Shown here: in pieces, positions 57,023 to 64,000 of the stretch
How the letters are laid out: every line of letters starts with the position of its first letter
Numbering within the stretch: the first letter of the stretch is position 1
NCBI GenBank assembly: GCA_963682135.1
Contig: OY821645.1
Location: forward strand, 2,624,001-2,688,000
DNA: 64,000 nucleotides
Direction of reading: 5' to 3'
Source of the DNA: Methanothrix sp.
GTDB lineage: Archaea > Halobacteriota > Methanosarcinia > Methanotrichales > Methanotrichaceae
Program-made: the position numbers and the translations under genes
The notes under the pieces: model-generated
Database searches by the model: none
Seen by the model: the letters and a program-made list of their open reading frames with translations, nothing else
Told to the model about the DNA's origin: nothing

Positions 57023-58468
57023 ATGTTGATCAATAGCACCATGAGCGGCAAGAAGGAGCCTTTCTTGCCTATTCATGACAATCGCGTTAACCTCTTTGTA
57101 TGCGGTCCAACCGTTTATGACAATTCGCATATCGGCCATGCCAGAACCTATATCTTCTTTGATGTGGTGGCACGCTACCTCAAGCACATTGGTTTTAGCG
57201 TCTTTTATCTGCAAAATATCACCGATGTGGACGACAAGATAATTGACCGGGCAGCCCTGCAGGGCATCTCGCCCCGACTGCTGGCACGCACCTTCGAAGA
57301 GAAATACCGTGAGGACATGCAGGCATTGGGCGTGACCAGCATCAACTACTATGCCCGCGCCTCAGAGCATATTCCTGAGATCATCAGCCAAATTAGCAGG
57401 CTGATTGAGAAGGGTTTTGCCTATGAGACACAGACCGGTGTGTACTTTGACGAATCCCGTTTCAAGGACTTTGGAAAGCTCTCTCATCAGAGCCTGGAAG
57501 ACCTGGAAAAACACAGGATTGAGCCGGATCCGACCAAGAGAAATCCTGGGGACTTCTCGCTGTGGAAGAAGCGGCAGGACGGCCCGGAGGTCACCTGGGA
57601 CTCGCCCTGGGGAAAGGGCAGACCTGGTTGGCATATCGAGGACACGGCCATCACTGAGAGCTATTTCGGGGCGCAGTACGATATTCATGGCGGAGCCATG
57701 GACCTGATCTTTCCTCACCACGAGGCTGAGATCGCCCAGATGGAGGCGACATCCGGCAAAAAGCCGCTGGTGAGATTCTGGATGCACACCGGCTTTCTCA
57801 ACGTCAACGGCGAGAAGATGTCAAAATCGTTGGGCAACTTCACCACCATCCGGGAGATGCTGGCGAAGTTCGATGCCGATTCGTTCCGCTTCTTTGTGCT
57901 CTCCTCCCATTATCATAGCCCGATCGACTTCTCAGAGTCGGCTTTAGAGCAGTCGAGAAAGAGCCTGGAGCGCATTCGCCAGGCGGCAAAGGCCATCGAG
58001 GAGGAACTGGAAAGGACGCCACAGTCTGCGAACGAGGCATCCCTGAAAGACGAAGCAGATGATGCGGGAATGGCTGAATTCAAGGCCAAGTTTCTCGATT
58101 CGATGGACAACGACTTCAACACTCCCTATGCCCTGAAAGCCGTCTTCGAGCTGGTAAGAGAGGTCAACCGCCGCATAAACGAGAGGACCATCTCCAAAGA
58201 AAGCCTGAGCGAGGCAGGACGACTGCTGGATGATTTCGGGCGAATACTCGGCATCAGCTTTTCGCCTGCAAAGTGCGGGCACTCTGAAGGTTTCGGGAAT
58301 AACCAGGATCTTACTGGCAATCTAATTGAACTGTTGATTGATGTAAGGCAGAAACTGCGAGATAAAAAGGATTGGGCTCTGGCCGACGAGATCAGAAACC
58401 GGTTAAACGAGCACGGCATCGTCCTGGAAGACGCTAAGTCCGGCGGAGGAAGATACTCGATCAAATGA
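57023..58468 (+). CDS. cysS: Cysteine--tRNA ligase
   Basis: VCGPTVY...HIGHAR, NITDVDDKII, GRPGWHIE, HGG..DL.FPHHE.E, KMSKS; start MLINSTMSGKKEPF matches the usual CysRS N-terminus. Confidence 0.96.
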   Translation: MLINSTMSGKKEPFLPIHDNRVNLFVCGPTVYDNSHIGHARTYIFFDVVARYLKHIGFSVFYLQNITDVDDKIIDRAALQGISPRLLARTFEEKYREDMQALGVTSINYYARASEHIPEIISQISRLIEKGFAYETQTGVYFDESRFKDFGKLSHQSLEDLEKHRIEPDPTKRNPGDFSLWKKRQDGPEVTWDSPWGKGRPGWHIEDTAITESYFGAQYDIHGGAMDLIFPHHEAEIAQMEATSGKKPLVRFWMHTGFLNVNGEKMSKSLGNFTTIREMLAKFDADSFRFFVLSSHYHSPIDFSESALEQSRKSLERIRQAAKAIEEELERTPQSANEASLKDEADDAGMAEFKAKFLDSMDNDFNTPYALKAVFELVREVNRRINERTISKESLSEAGRLLDDFGRILGISFSPAKCGHSEGFGNNQDLTGNLIELLIDVRQKLRDKKDWALADEIRNRLNEHGIVLEDAKSGGGRYSIK

Positions 58469-58603
58469 TTATAATTGGGGTCAATATTGCCGCAATCGCA
58501 GACTTGATAATGGATCAGGTTGCAGGACAGATTGGTGAAATGAAAATGAGGGATCGACTTTGCAGAAACCAAAAATGAATCGACCAGCACGAAGATAGAG
58601 CAC

Positions 58604-58825
58604 TTGCCACCATCGGCAAAGCTTGTCTTTAAGGTGCTGGAATCAGGCAGCCTTCTCACGCAAAAAGATATCGTCGCCAAGACCTATCTTCCGCAAAGGA
58701 CCGTAAGGTATGCCCTGAACCGATTGAAGGAACAACATATCCTTCAAGAGCGCTTCTATTTCCAGGATGCGCGCCAGAGCCTCTATGGACTGAGTCCCGA
58801 AACCCAGGAGGTGGTGGCAGAGTAA
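58604..58825 (+). CDS. Small winged-helix DNA-binding protein (start uncertain)
   Basis: LPPSAKLV.KVL.....LTQK.I...T.LP.RTVRYAL.RL...DARQSLY. Confidence 0.75.
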   Translation: MPPSAKLVFKVLESGSLLTQKDIVAKTYLPQRTVRYALNRLKEQHILQERFYFQDARQSLYGLSPETQEVVAE

Positions 58826-59063
58826 ATGACAATGCAATTCACTCATGGTATTTATCAGAAGTTGCAGCTCCACCTTTCTAGCCTTATCATTTATGTCTTA
58901 GTATTCGTCTTCGCCTTCAAGAGCTCCATTTGCCAAGAAGCTTTCAGAGCATCTACGGTTAGTGATTCAGTCCTTCATCCGATCTCGTTCACCAAGGATA
59001 TGGCAATAAAAAATGACTGCCCAGATTTATACCCGGGCGAATGACAATATGCCGATAGCAGCT

Positions 59064-60563
<1,500 letters not shown>

Positions 60564-60582
60564 TTAAATGAGAGGTTTACTT

Positions 60583-61512
60583 ATGGGAAGGATCTATGAA
60601 GATCTAACCAAGACCATTGGCAATACGCCTCTGGTAAGATTGAACAGAATCACGAAGGGCCTGGATGCTACCGTGCTGGTAAAGCTGGAATCATTCAATC
60701 CCTTGAGCAGCGTCAAAGACCGAATCGGCGTCTCCATGATTGAGGCAGCAGAAAAGGCGGGCCATATCAAGGAGGATACCATTATCCTTGAGCCTACTAG
60801 CGGCAATACCGGAATCGCTCTGGCTTTTGTCAGCGCCGCCAAGGGCTACAAGCTGACCCTCGTCATGCCTGAAACCATGTCTATTGAGCGGCGAAAGCTG
60901 CTCAAGGCTCTGGGCGCTGATCTGGTCCTCACTCCAGGAAGCCAGGGAATGAAGGGAGCAGTGAGTACGGCAGAAGAAATGCTTGTTAAAGATCCTCGCT
61001 TCTACTACATCCCCCAGCAGTTTAGAAATCCGTCCAATCCCGAGGTCCACCGCAAGACCACGGCAGAGGAGATCTGGCGGGATACAGACGGAATGGTGGA
61101 CATTCTCGTAGCTGGTGTGGGCACCGGCGGAACCATAACCGGAATTGCTGATGTCATAAAGTCCAGGAAGCCTGGCTTCAAGGCAGTGGCAGTCGAGCCA
61201 TCTGCCTCCCCGGTTCTCTCCGGAGGCAAACCGGGACCGCACAAAATCCAGGGATTGGCGCCGGGATTCGTGCCCGACGTTCTCAAGCTCGACCTGGTGG
61301 ATGAGATAGTCAAAGTGGAGTACGAGGATGCAGTAAAAACTGCTCGCCGCCTGGCAAGAGAAGAAGGCATCTTGGTCGGCATCTCCTCAGGAGCCGCCGC
61401 CTGGGCTGGACTGGAGCTGGCAGCAAGACCGGAGAATAAAGGGAAGCAGATTGTGGTAATCCTCCCCGACACCGGAGAGCGCTACCTCAGCACCGAGCTA
61501 TTCGAATTCTAG
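60583..61512 (+). CDS. cysK: Cysteine synthase A
   Basis: [40 protein letters not shown]. Confidence 0.95.
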   Translation: MGRIYEDLTKTIGNTPLVRLNRITKGLDATVLVKLESFNPLSSVKDRIGVSMIEAAEKAGHIKEDTIILEPTSGNTGIALAFVSAAKGYKLTLVMPETMSIERRKLLKALGADLVLTPGSQGMKGAVSTAEEMLVKDPRFYYIPQQFRNPSNPEVHRKTTAEEIWRDTDGMVDILVAGVGTGGTITGIADVIKSRKPGFKAVAVEPSASPVLSGGKPGPHKIQGLAPGFVPDVLKLDLVDEIVKVEYEDAVKTARRLAREEGILVGISSGAAAWAGLELAARPENKGKQIVVILPDTGERYLSTELFEF

Positions 61513-61525
61513 GGGTGGGCAGGAG

Positions 61526-62482
61526 ATGAGCATCAGAGAGGATATCCGGACCATCTTTGCCAAGGACCCCGCTGCCAAGTCTACCCTAGAAGTAATCACC
61601 TGCTATCCGGGGCTGCATGCCATCTGGATGCACCGGATCTCTCACTTCCTCTGGGCTCATAAACTCTTTTTTCTAGCCAGATTCAGCTCCCATATCAGCC
61701 GATTCCTGACAGGCGTCGAGATCCACCCCGGAGCAAAAATCGGCAAGCGGTTCTTCATCGATCACGGCATGGGGGTGGTCATAGGCGAGACAGCCGAGGT
61801 AGGAGATGATGTGTTGATGTACATGGGAACGGTCCTGGGCGGAACCAGTCTCGACAAAGTCAAGCGCCATCCCACGGTCGAGGACCGGGTGGTCATCGGC
61901 GCTGGCTCCATCATACTTGGACCGATCACCATAGGAAACGGCGCCAAGATCGGAGCAGGTTCGGTGGTGGTTCGGTCTGTGCCTGCGGGAGCAACTGTGG
62001 TAGGTGTGCCTGGAAGAATCGCCGAACCGGAATGCCCGGCAACAGGAACGGATCTGAACTATGCCAATCTGCCCGATCCCATGCTGCGAGTGGTAAGCAG
62101 ACTGCTCGACCGGCAAAACCGACTGGAGGAGCGGCTGCGCTCTCTGCAAAAAGCTATGAGCGGGCCGGAGGCGGAGATGCTGGTGGCCCAAATGAAAAAA
62201 GAAGAGGAGATTCGAGAGGCTTTGCGGGATGTTCTCGACCCTGAGGTGGGCATAGATATCGTGGACCTGGGACTGATCAAAGATATAATCATTCGCAGCG
62301 AGGATACTGTGGAGGTGAACATGGTGCTGACCTCCCAGGTTTGCCCCATGGTCAGCCACCTCACAGAGCAGGTAAAAAGGCGCGTGAAAGGCCTCAACGG
62401 CATTCGACAGGTTGAGGTTAGGGTCTTAGATGAGCCCTGGAACTGGGAATACTTCGTCAAGCAGCAGAAATCGAGGGCTTAG
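61526..62482 (+). CDS. cysE: Serine O-acetyltransferase fused to a C-terminal DUF59 (SufT/PaaD-like) domain
   Basis: DPAA, YPGLHA, EIHPGA.IG...FIDHG.GVVIGET, KRHPT; then [20 protein letters not shown]...LT...CP...PW. Confidence 0.92.
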   Translation: MSIREDIRTIFAKDPAAKSTLEVITCYPGLHAIWMHRISHFLWAHKLFFLARFSSHISRFLTGVEIHPGAKIGKRFFIDHGMGVVIGETAEVGDDVLMYMGTVLGGTSLDKVKRHPTVEDRVVIGAGSIILGPITIGNGAKIGAGSVVVRSVPAGATVVGVPGRIAEPECPATGTDLNYANLPDPMLRVVSRLLDRQNRLEERLRSLQKAMSGPEAEMLVAQMKKEEEIREALRDVLDPEVGIDIVDLGLIKDIIIRSEDTVEVNMVLTSQVCPMVSHLTEQVKRRVKGLNGIRQVEVRVLDEPWNWEYFVKQQKSRA

Positions 62483-62541
62483 GTATGGCTGAATTTTAGA
62501 GCCCAAAACTTATTTACCCTCTCACAAAGCTTCTCCCTGCC

Positions 62542-63759
62542 ATGGAGATACTTGCCGATGTTGGTGGAAGACCTGGCCTGGATTGCAGAGGCTTTTGCAG
62601 CTACTGTTATTTCAAAGGAGTAAAAAGCGTCCCACCCTTCGGCTGCAAGCATTGCATGCCCTTCCAGAAGGGCTGCGATTACTGTTCCCGCGCCATTGCG
62701 GAGGGCTATCCGGGCTTCAAGCCCATGGACGGCGTCGTATTCGAGGTGGCGGGAAAGTGCATGGGCAGCATCCCCGATAAAGCCGTCATCAGCGGTGGCG
62801 GGGATCTGAGCTGCTATCCTGACCTTTTGGCTCTCACAAAGATGCTCTCTCAGGGCATGGTTCCTATAGCTTTAGGCTACACCTCAGGAAAGGGCTTCAA
62901 GAGTGCGAATGATGCAGCCGCTCTGGTGGAGGCGGGAGTCACCGAGGTCTCCTTTACCGTATTTTCCACAAACCCGGAGCTACGCCGCAAGTACATGAAC
63001 GATAAAAACGCTGAGATTGCGCTTGAGTGCCTAAAGATATTCTGCAAAAGCTGCGAGGTTTACGCAGCAGCCGTTCTCATTCCTGGCGTAAACGACGGAG
63101 CAGAGCTGGAGAAGACCTGCAGCGACCTGGAGGATATGGGAGCCAAAGGACTGATCCTGATGAGATTTGCCAATTCCCGCGAGCAGGGTCTGATCCTGGG
63201 AAATGCTCCTATCATCGAAGGCATAACGCCGCACTCTGTGGAGGAGTTTCAAAACATTGTCACCGAATTGGCAGCGAAGCATCGTTTGAGAGTAACAGGA
63301 ACTCCTCTCTGGGATCCGCTCACGGGGGCGCCTTTTGCCCTGGCCCGCCATCCGGAGATGGTCTCTGCTTTGCCGCCACTGCGCAGAGGCGCAACCATCA
63401 TAACCAGCCTCGTTGCCCGACCCTTGTTGACTGCCATTTTTTCTCAGATGGGCGAAAAAGTGAATGTGATGGCAGTAAACAAAGATGTAGGTTGCCTGAT
63501 AACCATAGAGGATTTCATGGATCTGGATCTTAGTGATGTCAAGGACACAGTCATCATTCCCGGTCGCACCCTGGCCCATGAAAAAGAGATAAAAAAGGCT
63601 CTGGGACGTGATGGTCGGGATAGGATTGTAGCTCGGGGCCCGGACAGGCTCACCGTTGATGGAGAGATGAGCATCTCCATGACTGAGGCGGAGGTTCTGG
63701 ATCTGGAGATGGAAGCCTTCGAGGAGCTGATTGAGGCCATCAACGCGCTGGGGGTCTAG
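62542..63759 (+). CDS. mmp10: Methyl-coenzyme M reductase arginine methyltransferase (methanogenesis marker protein 10)
   Basis: DVGG.PG.DC.GFC.YCYF, PFGC..C..F.KGCDYC, GP..LTVDGEMS. Confidence 0.92.
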   Translation: MEILADVGGRPGLDCRGFCSYCYFKGVKSVPPFGCKHCMPFQKGCDYCSRAIAEGYPGFKPMDGVVFEVAGKCMGSIPDKAVISGGGDLSCYPDLLALTKMLSQGMVPIALGYTSGKGFKSANDAAALVEAGVTEVSFTVFSTNPELRRKYMNDKNAEIALECLKIFCKSCEVYAAAVLIPGVNDGAELEKTCSDLEDMGAKGLILMRFANSREQGLILGNAPIIEGITPHSVEEFQNIVTELAAKHRLRVTGTPLWDPLTGAPFALARHPEMVSALPPLRRGATIITSLVARPLLTAIFSQMGEKVNVMAVNKDVGCLITIEDFMDLDLSDVKDTVIIPGRTLAHEKEIKKALGRDGRDRIVARGPDRLTVDGEMSISMTEAEVLDLEMEAFEELIEAINALGV

Positions 63760-64000
63760 ATTGGGAAAGAGCGGCCACGAATGAAATGGCGCAAGAATGA
63801 AAAACGAATGCCGTCATGAGGAAGAAGCTCTGTGAGAGTGGGTCCGAAGAACCGATTTGAAGCTTTCATCCTCCATCCTCATAAGTCTTTTATATGAGGA
63901 GCGTATCAACACTTTGGTTCAATGGATTATTTCGCCCCATAACAACGGTGAGCGGGCGGCGTCGGGCTCTGACCCGGGGCTGATCCAGTGGATTTAAACT

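Overview
Archaeal chromosomal window, most likely a Methanothrix (Methanosaeta)-type methanogen. This is inferred from gar1-tfb, mmp10, Tfx, SepCysS, aroA' and the S-layer proteins. It holds about 60 CDS, mostly housekeeping. Notable parts: (1) two 1319-bp non-autonomous IS200/IS605 (IS1341-type) tnpB elements whose ends, TTTAT target motif and guide flanks can be read directly by comparing the copies; (2) an AT-richer surface-protein insert between mtnA and mtnP; (3) an AT-richer block encoding a complete Rsb/SpoII-type partner-switching module (CHASE4-HAMP-PAS-PAS-PP2C-RsbW kinase plus two STAS proteins) in an organism with no sigma factors, divergent from an MBL-hydrolase/pseudo-HATPase protein; (4) a sulfur/cysteine cluster in which SepCysS is truncated while bacterial-type cysS, cysK and cysE(-DUF59) are intact. 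The most striking detail is an atypical tRNA-Cys(GCA) cloverleaf (C73, C15/A48) that ends 2 nt before the cysS start codon, which suggests a tRNA-mimic leader or a processing-coupled leaderless mRNA. All family calls come from motif recognition by eye; no searches were run.
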